From Patescibacteria group bacterium (GTDB lineage Bacteria > Patescibacteriota > WWE3 > UBA101185 > UBA10185), in NCBI GenBank assembly GCA_049322215.1, contig JBMORU010000001.1, positions 65,357-129,356 on the forward strand: a stretch of DNA of 64,000 nucleotides, written 5' to 3'. The notes below the pieces were generated by a model, which saw nothing but the letters and a program-made list of their open reading frames with translations, made no database searches and was not told where the DNA came from. Both the position numbers and the translations under genes were made by a program. Below are positions 24,598 to 34,630 of this stretch, piece after piece (position 1 is the stretch's first letter; each line of letters begins with the position of its first letter).

Positions 24598-25743
24598 ATG
24601 AAACAACCAAAAGTATGCTTAGTTCATGATTATTTAGTTCAATATGGTGGTGCAGAAAAAACTCTTGAGGCTTTTTTGGAGATTTTTCCACAAGCAGACA
24701 TATTTACAAGTACATACAAAGCCGTGGCTATGTCTTCTATAATAAACAAAAGCAAAGTTGTAACAATAGGAAATACAACTAACAAGTTAAAAACAAAAAT
24801 CCCCATACTCTCAAAATATCTAACTTTTTTAAATCCAATAGGATTTGAGAATTTTGACTTAAGTAACTACGATATTGTAGTTTCAGACAGTAGTTCATAT
24901 GCCAAGGGTGTTATAACAAAACCAGAACAACTGCATATAAGCTACATACACACACCCCCCAGATTTTTATATAAGTATTCTGTTGAAAGTACAAAAAGAG
25001 ACAACTGGTACTATAAACCAATTGTGAAGTATATTGATCACTACTTAAGAATTTGGGACTTTCTTGCCGCACAAAGAGCTGACTATATAGTATGCAATTC
25101 TTATGAGGTTAAAAAAAGAATAGCTAAATTTTATAAACGCGATGCAACTGTAATATATCCTCCTGTAGAAGTAGAAAAGGCAGCCAAAAAACATGAATTT
25201 GATAACCTAGAAGAACCATTTTATTTAACTGTAGGCCGATTATCGGCATATAAAAATGTGGATATGCTTGTAGAAGCATTTAATTTACTTGGGATAAGAC
25301 TAAAGGTTGTGGGTACAGGTTCGGAGGAAAAGAGATTAAAAAAAATGGCTAAACCAAATGTTGCAATTTTAGGAAAAGTATCTGAAAAAGAAAAACACAG
25401 ATTATTGGCACAATGCAAAGGGTTTTTATTTCCTGTAGTAGAAGAAGACTTTGGAATTGGTGTAATAGAAGCTATGGCGCACGGAAAACCAATACTAGCA
25501 CACAAATCTGGAGGTCCCCTAGAAACAATAAGAGATGGTATAGATGGTATGTTTTTTGATTCTATAAAAATAGAGCATTTTATGAATCAGGTGAAAAAGT
25601 TTGACGAAAACATAAGGCAAAATAAGTATGATTCAGAAAAAATAAAAGCGCATGCAATGCATTTCAACAAAAACAGGTTTAAGCAAGAATTTGAAGAGTT
25701 TGTAAAAGAAAAATGGGAAGGAAAAAATAGCCCTGAGAAATAA
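24598..25743 (+). CDS. Glycosyltransferase family 4
   Basis: HDYLVQYGGAEK N-terminus, GRLSAYKN, EEDFGIGVIEAMAHGKP. Confidence 0.92.
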   Translation: MKQPKVCLVHDYLVQYGGAEKTLEAFLEIFPQADIFTSTYKAVAMSSIINKSKVVTIGNTTNKLKTKIPILSKYLTFLNPIGFENFDLSNYDIVVSDSSSYAKGVITKPEQLHISYIHTPPRFLYKYSVESTKRDNWYYKPIVKYIDHYLRIWDFLAAQRADYIVCNSYEVKKRIAKFYKRDATVIYPPVEVEKAAKKHEFDNLEEPFYLTVGRLSAYKNVDMLVEAFNLLGIRLKVVGTGSEEKRLKKMAKPNVAILGKVSEKEKHRLLAQCKGFLFPVVEEDFGIGVIEAMAHGKPILAHKSGGPLETIRDGIDGMFFDSIKIEHFMNQVKKFDENIRQNKYDSEKIKAHAMHFNKNRFKQEFEEFVKEKWEGKNSPEK

Positions 25744-25773
25744 GTGTAATTTACACGTTACTTCTGCAGAGCC
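25722..25773 (-). terminator. Bulged hairpin terminator of the two-gene orphan unit, overlapping the GT4 3' end
   Basis: GGCTCTG-c-AGAAGTAA-c-GTGTAA / TTACAC-TTATTTCT-CAGGGCT followed by a T-run. Confidence 0.65.
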
Positions 25774-25794
25774 TTATTTGGCTAAATAATTGTG

Positions 25795-26106
25795 CTAAGG
25801 TTTTCCTTCTGGTACCACAAAAATTTGCCACTCTATTAAACGTGTGTAGTAGCTTGCGCTGCCGTCGGGAATTGTTTCCTTTTTGACGAATACTTCGAGC
25901 GTATAGGCTCTAAAGCTTTTTTCAGCACCAAATTCTACAATGTTGTGACGAATTCCCACACCCACCAGCTGTCCAGCAGTCCAAAAAGTGCTGTGATTAG
26001 CGTCTTTTTGAACATTGCCGGTAAAACCAATGGCCATAAGTGCTATTAGTAAAAGCACTAGTATTGTGACCAAAACTTTTTGAGCAGACGAGCTTAGTTT
26101 GTACAT
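25795..26106 (-). CDS. Hypothetical membrane-anchored orphan protein
   Basis: AAGGAG SD at 26112-26117 supports ATG 26106; N-terminal TM helix. Confidence 0.68.
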   Translation of the reverse strand: MYKLSSSAQKVLVTILVLLLIALMAIGFTGNVQKDANHSTFWTAGQLVGVGIRHNIVEFGAEKSFRAYTLEVFVKKETIPDGSASYYTRLIEWQIFVVPEGKP

Positions 26107-26116
26107 TTCTGCTCCT

Positions 26117-26413
26117 TTAGCTTGAAAACTTGCGACGCCGTTTTGTGTCTGCAAAGTAATTCCAAATTCGCGCCATCAGCAAAATTGGCTGATAATACAA
26201 GGGCAAACGAATTTGATCAGGATAAAATCGCAGGTGGTCACTACTATCTCCGTTTACAGCAACCCAAGCCATTTTGTTACCCAATAAAGGAAACGACTCC
26301 ATTAAACTCCCCTCAAAAGGATAAGATAAATCGTTATAACCATAATCGGGAACTAATATAGACTTGATCACTGTTACGTTAGTACCAACAGGTAATTCCA
26401 ATAAAATTCTCAT
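26117..26413 (-). CDS. Hypothetical orphan protein (first gene of a two-gene unit)
   Basis: GGAGGT SD at 26423-26428; its stop overlaps the next gene's SD. Confidence 0.62.
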   Translation of the reverse strand: MRILLELPVGTNVTVIKSILVPDYGYNDLSYPFEGSLMESFPLLGNKMAWVAVNGDSSDHLRFYPDQIRLPLYYQPILLMARIWNYFADTKRRRKFSS

Positions 26414-26446
26414 TTGAACTTAACCTCCATCAAGAATGTGTAGGTT

Positions 26447-26461
26447 ATTATACTATAGGTT
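26447..26461 (-). promoter_or_regulatory. ACCTATAGT motif abutting TATAAT -10
   Basis: Minus strand reads AACCTATAGTATAAT. Confidence 0.7.
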
Positions 26462-26490
26462 TGAACTGGGGTAAATGATAAAATAAAGCG

Positions 26491-27333
26491 ATGCCAGAAC
26501 TACCCGAAGTACACACAATTACTAACGATATTAAACCCTTTGTAAAAGGAGCAACTATTACAAATGTTAAGCTTGTAAATGGGTACATACCCTATCCCGA
26601 TTCTGAAACATTTGTTACTACGCTTAAAGGTAAAAAAATACTTAAGGCAGATAGAATTGCAAAAAACATATTGCTAGAAATTGAAGATGAGTACTTTGTA
26701 ACAATACACTTAGCAATGACTGGGCGCGCTTTATTAAGAAGAAAAAACTTTCTACAAGATAAATGGGAACGCATAATTTTTGAATTAAAAAACAAAGATA
26801 AAAACTTAGAATTACGCTTTTGCGATATGCGTATGTTTGGCAAAGTGAAATTGTTGGATAAACTCGAACTAAATGAGCTGAAAAACAAATACGGACCAGA
26901 ACCAATTGACGAAAATTTGACCCCGGAAGAGTTTTTAGAACAAATAAAAAGTAAGCAAACCAGTATAAAAAATGTACTTTTAGATCAGGCCAAAGTTGCG
27001 GGACTCGGTAATGTGTATGCGACGGAGGCACTTTGGATGTCTAAAATTCACCCAGAAACATCCACCAAAAACATTACATTAAAAGAGGCTACAGCTTTAC
27101 TCAAAGCTTCTCGTGAAATTTTAAACGAAGGTATAAAAAATAGAGGTATATCAATGAGTGACTATGTAGATGCTTTTGGGAAAAAAGGAAATCAACAAAA
27201 CTTTTTTAGAATATATCAAAAAGATATATGCTCCGAATGTAAAACAAATGTAGAATTTAAAAAAATAAACGGACGAGGAACATACTTTTGCCCCACCTGC
27301 CAATCTAAAGATGGTAAAAACAGATTAATTTAA
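26491..27333 (+). CDS. mutM: Formamidopyrimidine-DNA glycosylase
   Basis: MPELPEV N-terminus, HLAMTG, GLGNVYATE, C-terminal zinc finger. Confidence 0.96.
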   Translation: MPELPEVHTITNDIKPFVKGATITNVKLVNGYIPYPDSETFVTTLKGKKILKADRIAKNILLEIEDEYFVTIHLAMTGRALLRRKNFLQDKWERIIFELKNKDKNLELRFCDMRMFGKVKLLDKLELNELKNKYGPEPIDENLTPEEFLEQIKSKQTSIKNVLLDQAKVAGLGNVYATEALWMSKIHPETSTKNITLKEATALLKASREILNEGIKNRGISMSDYVDAFGKKGNQQNFFRIYQKDICSECKTNVEFKKINGRGTYFCPTCQSKDGKNRLI

Positions 27334-27335
27334 AT

Positions 27336-28397
27336 ATGCAAATTCACAACCTTAAACTTAAAAATTTCAGAAACCACGAAAACCTTGAACTAAGCTTTAA
27401 TGGAAAATCTCAAATCATAATAGGACAAAACGGAATCGGAAAAAGCAACATACTTGAGGCTATTTACTTAGTGGCCACAACTAAGTCGTTAAGAGCAGAA
27501 TACGATAGAGATATGATTAACCACAACAATGACTTTGCAATAGTTGAGGTAAGCGTAACAAACCATGAAGATAACAAACTAGAGGTGATTTTAACAAAAA
27601 GCGAAAAGTTTCAAAATGCTGCAAGCAAAAAAGTTAAACTAAACGGTGTAAGCAAAAAATTACGAGATTTTGCTGAGCACTTCAACAGTGTGCTGTTTTC
27701 TCCCCCTGATATTGAGCTATTTACGGGAACACCCTCAAACAGGAGAAAATACCTAGACCTGGTTTTGTCTCAAATAGATGTTGAATATAAAAGAGCTTTA
27801 GCCGATTACACAAAAGCAGTAAAACAAAGAAACAAAATTTTAGAGCTAATAAGTGAATTTGGACGCGGCGAGGATCAGTTAGAGTTTTGGACAAAAAAAA
27901 CAGTAACTACGGGCACCTATATTCAAAAAAAACGTACCGAATATTTTAATTTTTTAGCCGTCAAAGTGCAAAACCATGGTAAAGAACTAAACAGTGAAAC
28001 CTCAAATCACGAGGTGATATACGATATTAGCCAAATATCTGAAGAAATCTTAAGCAAATACGCTCAAAAAGAAATTTACGCAAAAAGAACATTAATTGGC
28101 CCGCATAGGGATGACTTTAGAATTATTTTAAACAACTACAATATTGCCAAATTTGGTTCTAGGGGTCAGCAACGTGCTGCCTTACTGGCCTTAAAAATTT
28201 CCGAAATGGATTTTATAAACGAGGCTACAGGCATGCGGCCTGTTTTGCTTTTAGACGACATATTCTCCGAACTTGATTACAAACATAAACAAGCGGTATT
28301 TAAAGTAATTCCTTTACAACAAACCATTATTACAAGTGCAGAACCAATTGACCTGGAAGAATTCTCATCACAAGAAATGAGCGTTATCAACCTTTAG
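27336..28397 (+). CDS. recF: DNA replication and repair protein RecF
   Basis: GQNGIGKSNILEAI, GPHRDD, GSRGQQR, LLLDDIFSELD. Confidence 0.96.
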   Translation: MQIHNLKLKNFRNHENLELSFNGKSQIIIGQNGIGKSNILEAIYLVATTKSLRAEYDRDMINHNNDFAIVEVSVTNHEDNKLEVILTKSEKFQNAASKKVKLNGVSKKLRDFAEHFNSVLFSPPDIELFTGTPSNRRKYLDLVLSQIDVEYKRALADYTKAVKQRNKILELISEFGRGEDQLEFWTKKTVTTGTYIQKKRTEYFNFLAVKVQNHGKELNSETSNHEVIYDISQISEEILSKYAQKEIYAKRTLIGPHRDDFRIILNNYNIAKFGSRGQQRAALLALKISEMDFINEATGMRPVLLLDDIFSELDYKHKQAVFKVIPLQQTIITSAEPIDLEEFSSQEMSVINL

Positions 28398-28436
28398 CTT
28401 TGTTATACTTGCAAAAAATGAAATAAGGAGACGAAA

Positions 28437-28805
28437 ATGACACTAATATCAAAAGGCTTTGCAGCAGTAGTTAAAAAAGGACAAACGAGTCCCGTAATTA
28501 AGCTGGCATTGATTCTTTTTGCAGTTTGGGTTTCACTAACAAACATAAATGAAAACTATTGGTTTATTGTTTTTGGAAGTTCCAGTGCGGGTTTGCTTAT
28601 TGCAGGCTTATGGAATTTAAAAAAAACTAAAGAACAAAAAACAGAGATTGACTCAGTACTATCCTGGTTAATTGCTCTCTCAATACTAACTCAGGGAGTT
28701 GCTATGTTAGTTACTGGGATGGCTTATAAAAGTACAGAACACGTTTTAGCCGGAATATCCCTTATTATATGGGTAAGCCTAGAAATCTTTAACTTAAAGC
28801 AATAG
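28437..28805 (+). CDS. Hypothetical 4-TM orphan protein (self-contained unit)
   Basis: Extended -10 TGTTATACT, AAGGAG SD, own terminator. Confidence 0.7.
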   Translation: MTLISKGFAAVVKKGQTSPVIKLALILFAVWVSLTNINENYWFIVFGSSSAGLLIAGLWNLKKTKEQKTEIDSVLSWLIALSILTQGVAMLVTGMAYKSTEHVLAGISLIIWVSLEIFNLKQ

Positions 28806-28816
28806 TAGCAAATACG

Positions 28817-28855
28817 CCATAAGTGATAAAAACTTTATTACTTATGGTTTTTTTT
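28817..28855 (+). terminator. Hairpin terminator
   Basis: CCATAAGTGATAAA-AAC-TTTATTACTTATGG plus T8. Confidence 0.78.
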
Positions 28856-28906
28856 ATTTCAACTTTGCGGGAAATATGCGAGAATTACTTATAAAAGGCT
28901 TTAACC

Positions 28907-29896
28907 ATGCTTATACCTGAATACTCAGTTACAACCGAAATACTTAAAAATATATCTGCTATTGAGTATGGCAGAGGTATTATAGAAAACACAACAATAT
29001 TGCCCAGTTGGGATAGACAGCTTAAAAGAGAAGCACTAATAAAAGACACCTTTAATATACTTTCGTTAGGCGGGCACAGTATTTTAAAAGAAATTATTAA
29101 AAAAGCAGTAGATGAAGTTTCGGAAAGAACACCAAAAGAAATTAGTAATTACCTAAATGCAAAAGAAGAACTTACACAACTGGCAAGCTTTAGAGATTTT
29201 GAAGAACAAGACATAAAAAAACTCCATACTATAGCCTCTACACAAGCACTAAACAAAAAAGGTAGATATAGAGGAATCGAGCTTACATACGGTACCAAAC
29301 CTCAAGAAATTCTTGCTGAAATGGTAGAACTTATGGATTGGTATCATAGTATTGATGCAAAAGACACGCATCCTGTGCTAACCGCCGGAATAATGCACGG
29401 ATACATTGAGCACATAGTACCCTTTGAAAGTTCTAACCGTGTAATAGCTAACTTAACGGCTTTGCTTATATTAAAATCCCATAATTATCATATTAGTGAA
29501 TACTTTTGTTTGTCAGAATTTTATAACCAAGATTTAAAAAGCTACGATTTTGCTATTAACTCAATAGATAAAAACGAGGAAGACTTAACTAAGTGGCTGG
29601 AGTACTTTACAAGAGGCATGGCAAACGAAATAAGTACTTTAACTGACAAAGTACTACTTTTAGCAAAAGATACTAAAATTGCACAAGCCTCAGGAAAAGC
29701 AGAACTCAGCCGCAGACAAGAAAAAATAGTTCTTTACTTACAAGATTATGGAAGAATACAAAACGTTGATTTTGAAAAATTGTTTCCACACTTATCAGAA
29801 GATACCGTACTAAGAGATTTAAAAACACTTATTGATAAAGGAATTGTGGAAAAAAAGGGTAAAACAAAATCTTCAAGGTATGAGCTCAAAAAATAA
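28907..29896 (+). CDS. Fic-family protein with degenerate active site and C-terminal winged HTH
   Basis: HPVLTAG..H..IEHIVPFESSNRV replaces IHPFxDGNGR; EDTVLRDLKTLIDKG wHTH. Confidence 0.78.
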   Translation: MLIPEYSVTTEILKNISAIEYGRGIIENTTILPSWDRQLKREALIKDTFNILSLGGHSILKEIIKKAVDEVSERTPKEISNYLNAKEELTQLASFRDFEEQDIKKLHTIASTQALNKKGRYRGIELTYGTKPQEILAEMVELMDWYHSIDAKDTHPVLTAGIMHGYIEHIVPFESSNRVIANLTALLILKSHNYHISEYFCLSEFYNQDLKSYDFAINSIDKNEEDLTKWLEYFTRGMANEISTLTDKVLLLAKDTKIAQASGKAELSRRQEKIVLYLQDYGRIQNVDFEKLFPHLSEDTVLRDLKTLIDKGIVEKKGKTKSSRYELKK

Positions 29897-29987
29897 TCCT
29901 ATAATGTTTATTTTCCTTACTTTTTGTGTTAAAAATTAATTCCTCAAATAAAGATACAAATTAACATGGTTTGAAAAAGGAGAAAAC

Positions 29988-30197
29988 ATGTATAACGTAA
30001 ATGATCAAACACATTGTTTTATGAAAACAAACAGATGGGAGTTTGTAGAAAATGTTCCTGATGATAATGTACATACCGCACGCAGAAAGCTTGAAACAGC
30101 AGAAACCGAAGGCGGGAGTACTGCAGCAGCCTACAACGAAGCAGGCGAACTAATGCCGGGATACACCGCAATTTGGAAGAGAGCAAGAAAAAGGTAA
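29988..30197 (+). CDS. Small hypothetical orphan protein (self-contained unit)
   Basis: 69 aa; AAGGAG SD; followed by a long hairpin. Confidence 0.62.
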   Translation: MYNVNDQTHCFMKTNRWEFVENVPDDNVHTARRKLETAETEGGSTAAAYNEAGELMPGYTAIWKRARKR

Positions 30198-30223
30198 AAA
30201 TAACTGCCTAAGTTAACGCACAG

Positions 30224-30263
30224 TGCTCGCATTTTTGAAGCCAAAATTCAAAAAATGCGAGCA
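30224..30263 (+). terminator. Long hairpin after the orphan
   Basis: TGCTCGCATTTTTGAA...TTCAAAAAATGCGAGCA. Confidence 0.65.
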
Positions 30264-30294
30264 TTACTTTAATTAAACCTTGTATAATGCCCCC

Positions 30295-32061
30295 ATGAAG
30301 ATTTCAAAATTCGCAGAATACCTTTTAAAACTAGAAGAAACATCAAAAAGACTTGAAATTACTGAAATATTAAAAAAACTTTTAGAAGAACTTGATCCAA
30401 ACGAAACAAGAAACGCAATAAATTTAACTTTAGGCCAATTAAAAGCTCCCTTCGACTCTGAACGCTTCAACATAGCAGAAAAAATGATGATGAGAATAAT
30501 TGAAAACTCTTACGAAACTAAGTCGGAAAAAATTAAAGAGCTATACAAAAATACAGGAGACTTAGGTAGTGTTGCTTTTGAACTTTCAGAAAATCATAAA
30601 ATAGCAAATATAGAACTAAACGAGGTATATGAAAAATTGCTAGAAATTGCAAAATTCGAAGGAACAGGTTCTCAAGAAAAAAAAGTATCCCATTTATCTG
30701 CCCTGCTAACTAAAGTTGACGGATTATCGGCAAAATTCATTATAAGAATGGTTTTAGGTACAACCAGACTAGGTTTTACAGCTTTAACTATAGTAGATGC
30801 CCTATCTAGCTTAGCTGCAGGAGATAAATCGCTAAAAAAGAAAATTGAAGGCAAATATAATGTACACCCTGATATTGCTTTAATTGCTGAACTAATTAAA
30901 AAAGAGGGGATAAAAGGGATTAATAGCATTGCAATGGAACCAGGAGTACCTTTATTGCCACAAAAACCACAAAGAATTGGTTCTCCAGAAGAAATCATTG
31001 AAAAAATGGGTGGTGAAGTTTGGGCGGAGTTTAAATTTGATGGGACAAGAGTGCAACTTCATTTAGATAGAAGTAAAAAAGTGTCCTCAACAGCACTCGA
31101 CTTATTTAATAGCGTAAGTGATACAACTTTTATAAAAACATTTACAAGAAATTTAGACGAAACCACGCATCAGTTTCCAGATATTATTGAAGCAGCAAAT
31201 AAGTTTATTAAAGCAGACTCAGTAATACTTGATGGGGAAGCAATTGGTTTTGATAAAAACACAGGTGAGTTTTTAAATTTTCAGGAAACCATACAAAGAA
31301 AAAGAAAACACGATATAAAATATATAGCTAAGCAAATACCCCTTAAATATCTTGTTTTCGATATTCTTTACCTTAACGGTAAATCGCTTTTAGACACTCC
31401 TCTAGTACAAAGGAGAGCACGAATTAACGAAATTATAAAAGAAAACGAAATTATAGAAATAGACAAGCACTTAACTACGGATGATCCGAAAAAACTGGGA
31501 AATTTTTTTAATGAAGCAAAAGAAAAAAGTTTAGAGGGCCTTGTAGTTAAAAATCCAAACACTGGCTACCAAGCAGGGGCAAGATCTTTTGCGTGGGTAA
31601 AACTAAAGAGATTAGAAGAAAGCAACCTAGATGACACAATAGATTGTGTTGTACTCGGCTATTACAATGGAAAAGGAGCACGCGCAGATTTTGGTATAGG
31701 CGGATTCTTAGTAGGTGTTTATGACAAAAAAAATGAAATCTTTAAAACAGTTTCAAAAATTGGAACAGGGTTGAAAGACGAAGATTGGGTTTATTTAAAA
31801 AAAGAATGCGACAAAATTAAAATAAGTAATGCCCCAGCTAATGTTGAATTTCCAAAAGAACTTGAGCCTGACGTATGGACCTCACCAAAAATTGTTGTAG
31901 TTATAAGAGCCGATGAAATATCAAAATCATCACAACATACAGCAGAATATGCACTAAGGTTTCCACGGTTAATGGAGTTTCGTAAAGATAAAGCACCTGA
32001 AGATGTGACTACTGTGGAAGAAATAAAAAGTTTATATAAAATCCAAACAGAAAAAAAGTAA
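30295..32061 (+). CDS. ATP-dependent DNA ligase (LigB/archaeal-type, with N-terminal DNA-binding domain)
   Basis: EFKFDGTR motif I, ILDGEA, FDILY, EGLVVK, WVKLK, LRFPR. Confidence 0.93.
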   Translation: MKISKFAEYLLKLEETSKRLEITEILKKLLEELDPNETRNAINLTLGQLKAPFDSERFNIAEKMMMRIIENSYETKSEKIKELYKNTGDLGSVAFELSENHKIANIELNEVYEKLLEIAKFEGTGSQEKKVSHLSALLTKVDGLSAKFIIRMVLGTTRLGFTALTIVDALSSLAAGDKSLKKKIEGKYNVHPDIALIAELIKKEGIKGINSIAMEPGVPLLPQKPQRIGSPEEIIEKMGGEVWAEFKFDGTRVQLHLDRSKKVSSTALDLFNSVSDTTFIKTFTRNLDETTHQFPDIIEAANKFIKADSVILDGEAIGFDKNTGEFLNFQETIQRKRKHDIKYIAKQIPLKYLVFDILYLNGKSLLDTPLVQRRARINEIIKENEIIEIDKHLTTDDPKKLGNFFNEAKEKSLEGLVVKNPNTGYQAGARSFAWVKLKRLEESNLDDTIDCVVLGYYNGKGARADFGIGGFLVGVYDKKNEIFKTVSKIGTGLKDEDWVYLKKECDKIKISNAPANVEFPKELEPDVWTSPKIVVVIRADEISKSSQHTAEYALRFPRLMEFRKDKAPEDVTTVEEIKSLYKIQTEKK

Positions 32062-32106
32062 AAAAAGCCTTTGATTAATGAAGTAAAATATCACTAATCA
32101 AAGGCC
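32060..32106 (-). terminator. Hairpin terminator of the M15 peptidase unit
   Basis: GCCTTTGATTAGTGA...TCATTAATCAAAGGC plus a T-run. Confidence 0.72.
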
Positions 32107-32111
32107 TAATG

Positions 32112-32207
32112 CTATGAGGCTTTCACTACAATGTAGACACTGTAACGAAAAGTCAAAGCTATGTAACGCTTGAGTAAAACGTTAGGGTATATTTTGAATG
32201 TACTCAA
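32112..32207 (-). CDS. Possible 31-aa small protein
   Basis: TTG start after a GGGAGAGG SD; MSTFKIYPNVLLKRYIALTFRYSVYIVVKAS; fills the gap between the M15 stop and the terminator. Confidence 0.35.
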   Translation of the reverse strand: MSTFKIYPNVLLKRYIALTFRYSVYIVVKAS

Positions 32208-32221
32208 CTTTAGCCTCTCCC

Positions 32222-33217
32222 TTATTGCCCACTAACGCAGAAAGGCGTGTATTGTAGCCCATTTTGCGCGTACAGCCATTCGGTAAAAGACAACTGTGCA
32301 TTTTGCTCTTGTGCTTGTTTAAAGGCTTGAGCGTTTTCAGTGCCAATCCAGCGCCAATGCCAAGTTTCTGCATTTACGCCAGTTTTGCACTCATCACCCA
32401 TAGGATAAGGCATTACAAACCCAAACAAATGAGCATTGCTCTGCAAAAAATTTCCGGCAGGGCTTTGCGCAAAATCATTGGTCCAACCCGCAGCACCATT
32501 AAAATCTTCAATGCAAACGCCACTACTACAGTAGTTTGTAGTGAAATCTAACGCCAAACCAGTATGGTGCTCGGTATGCCCTGGACGCAGCGAGTATTCA
32601 TCTGCCAATGGATCTAGTCCAAGCCAGTACTCGTAAGCTGTTCTCTGACGTTCAACCCCACGGCAAGCTGTGCGCAAAGCCAGGTCAATTCCTTGTTCCT
32701 TGGCAGCGGTTACCAGCGCAGTCAAATCGGGAAGCATATCGCTTACAATATACTGTGCATCCAAAACCTCGCGAATACCTGTAGCAGATGCAGGCTGTAA
32801 ATGCGCTGCAACCGACAGGTCACCGTCAGGACATTGAATTTGCTCAGGAGTTAAACGATAATGTCGATCAACAACAATCAAACGAAAGTCGTTTACATAA
32901 ACCGAGTCCTGCACAGCATCAGGGTAACGCGCCCATTCTGTAAGTGTGGGTGCTGTGATGCTGTCTACCGTAGATGAAGTATCTGCAGGCAACTCATTAG
33001 TGCTATTTTCTGCAGAAATACTGTCACCTTCAACAACAAGGGTTGGTGTAGCAATGGCAAGGGTTTTTTTACTTTCTCCCATAGGTGCAACTAAAGTTTC
33101 CTCTTCACTTCCTGGAAACTCAGGCGCCGATAGAGAAGATAAAACAAAGCGTCCCACTAAAACCACGACTACAATGCCCACTAAAATCGCGACATGTTTT
33201 GCTTTCAAGTATTTCAC
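32222..33217 (-). CDS. Membrane-anchored M15B (VanY-like) D,D-carboxypeptidase (self-contained unit)
   Basis: R..ERQ, PGHTEHHTGLALDF and ETWHWRWIG motifs; N-terminal TM and low-complexity linker; GTG start with SD at 33226-33231. Confidence 0.85.
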   Translation of the reverse strand: MKYLKAKHVAILVGIVVVVLVGRFVLSSLSAPEFPGSEEETLVAPMGESKKTLAIATPTLVVEGDSISAENSTNELPADTSSTVDSITAPTLTEWARYPDAVQDSVYVNDFRLIVVDRHYRLTPEQIQCPDGDLSVAAHLQPASATGIREVLDAQYIVSDMLPDLTALVTAAKEQGIDLALRTACRGVERQRTAYEYWLGLDPLADEYSLRPGHTEHHTGLALDFTTNYCSSGVCIEDFNGAAGWTNDFAQSPAGNFLQSNAHLFGFVMPYPMGDECKTGVNAETWHWRWIGTENAQAFKQAQEQNAQLSFTEWLYAQNGLQYTPFCVSGQ

Positions 33218-33260
33218 TTGTCACACTCCTTATGTTCAATATTTATTAGAGATTTGAGCA

Positions 33261-33300
33261 ATTATACGGTAACTTAAGCTTAATTTCAACACTATAGGTC
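33261..33300 (-). promoter_or_regulatory. sigma70 promoter with ACCTATAGT motif just upstream of -35
   Basis: GACCTATAGT-G-TTGAAA-17 bp-TATAAT on the minus strand. Confidence 0.75.
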
Positions 33301-33356
33301 TAGTTGATAGAATCCCCCACTTGCAAACAAATGTAAAAAAAGCGTATTATTTACAC

Positions 33357-33755
33357 ATGGATAATGAAACAAACAATACTGCCGAGATAGTAAATACAAA
33401 ATCAACCATAGAAACAAACAAACCATATAAAATGGATCAAAACATGGAGGCCGCTTTTGCATACATACTTACTCCAATAACGGGCTTTGTTGTATACCAT
33501 TTCGAAAAAGAAAATAAGTTCATTAGATTTCACGCAATGCAATCAATTGTATTTGGCATAGCTTCAGTAATAGCATTAACAATTGCAGATGCTTTAGTAG
33601 CTGTATTCATTGGGATAATACTGTCACCAATTGTTACCATGGTAGTTTTCGGCCTTTGGCTCTTTTTAATGTGGAAAGCTTACAATAACGAGGAATTTGA
33701 ATTGCCGTTTTTAGGTCAAATTGTTCGCGACATATTAAAACCAAAAAGCAAGTAA
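33357..33755 (+). CDS. DUF4870-like membrane protein
   Basis: AAFAY..., FIRFHAMQS, MWKAY..E.FELPFLG. Confidence 0.75.
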   Translation: MDNETNNTAEIVNTKSTIETNKPYKMDQNMEAAFAYILTPITGFVVYHFEKENKFIRFHAMQSIVFGIASVIALTIADALVAVFIGIILSPIVTMVVFGLWLFLMWKAYNNEEFELPFLGQIVRDILKPKSK

Positions 33756-33775
33756 TCTTTGCTACTATATAAAAT

Positions 33776-34315
33776 ATGGAACCAATAAATTTCGACGCTA
33801 TAGATTTAATCCAAAAACTCAAAGTAACCGGAGTCACTAACCCTTCTCTGCTAGATGCCATATATGAAGTTCAAAATATGTTTCCTAAGTTAGATGAAAA
33901 GGAAGTTTATGCTGAAGCAAAACTATTACAACTACTTGATCCTGATGTAAATTCCGAAGTTTTAATAATTGGAACACACTCAATTACTTTATATTATATT
34001 CTCGGGAAACTGGTTAAAAAAACGTATATGTATGAATTGAAGGCACAAGACATTTTGGAAAAATCACGGGAAATAAGAAAACATGGATATGGAAACATTG
34101 TAACTGCAAACACTATAGAAGCTAACGCTCCATATGCACATATAATAATAGACACCTGCCAAGAAGAAGAACCCAAAGAGTACATTAAGTTACTAGCAAA
34201 AACAGGCAGCCTGATAATAAAAGCAACAGAAAATAGCAACGATCTAATAAAAATAACAAACACAAATAAGGGATACATAAGAGAAAACTATTCTAAAATT
34301 TTCTTGAAATATTAA
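33776..34315 (+). CDS. Degenerate protein-L-isoaspartate O-methyltransferase-like protein
   Basis: GVTNPSLLDAI, EVLIIGT and APYAHIII echo Pcm motifs, but the glycine-rich SAM motif is eroded. Confidence 0.45.
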   Translation: MEPINFDAIDLIQKLKVTGVTNPSLLDAIYEVQNMFPKLDEKEVYAEAKLLQLLDPDVNSEVLIIGTHSITLYYILGKLVKKTYMYELKAQDILEKSREIRKHGYGNIVTANTIEANAPYAHIIIDTCQEEEPKEYIKLLAKTGSLIIKATENSNDLIKITNTNKGYIRENYSKIFLKY

Positions 34316-34599
34316 TGAAGAGTTTAGGCGAAATACTGAAAAAAAAAGAAATAAAAGGAGACACTAGAAACACATACGAGTTTCAGGCATATGGCAACCG
34401 ATTAGCAGAAGAATTGGGAGATATGAAACACCGGGCTTTATATATAAAACTTGCAAAAGAAGAGGATCGAAGTTTATTAGAGCAAGCTCGAGAACACGTA
34501 CTAAAATCAGAAAGGGCCTCTACAAAAGGCAGGCTGTTTATGTGGAAACTAGGGCAGCTACGCAAAGAGCGTCAGAACGGGCAAGAAAAGGTTGAATGA
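34315..34599 (+). CDS. Hypothetical protein
   Basis: 94-aa ORF coupled to the upstream stop (TAATG). Confidence 0.7.
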   Translation: MKSLGEILKKKEIKGDTRNTYEFQAYGNRLAEELGDMKHRALYIKLAKEEDRSLLEQAREHVLKSERASTKGRLFMWKLGQLRKERQNGQEKVE

Positions 34600-34630
34600 C
34601 AAATTTAAATAGCATATTATTAATTTATAA

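Noticed and set aside
25722-25773. Integron attC interpretation of the unit hairpins
   Set aside because: No consistent RYYYAAC/GTTRRRY boxes, no tandem array, the units have their own promoters, and U-tails with sense-strand G:U pairs fit RNA terminators.
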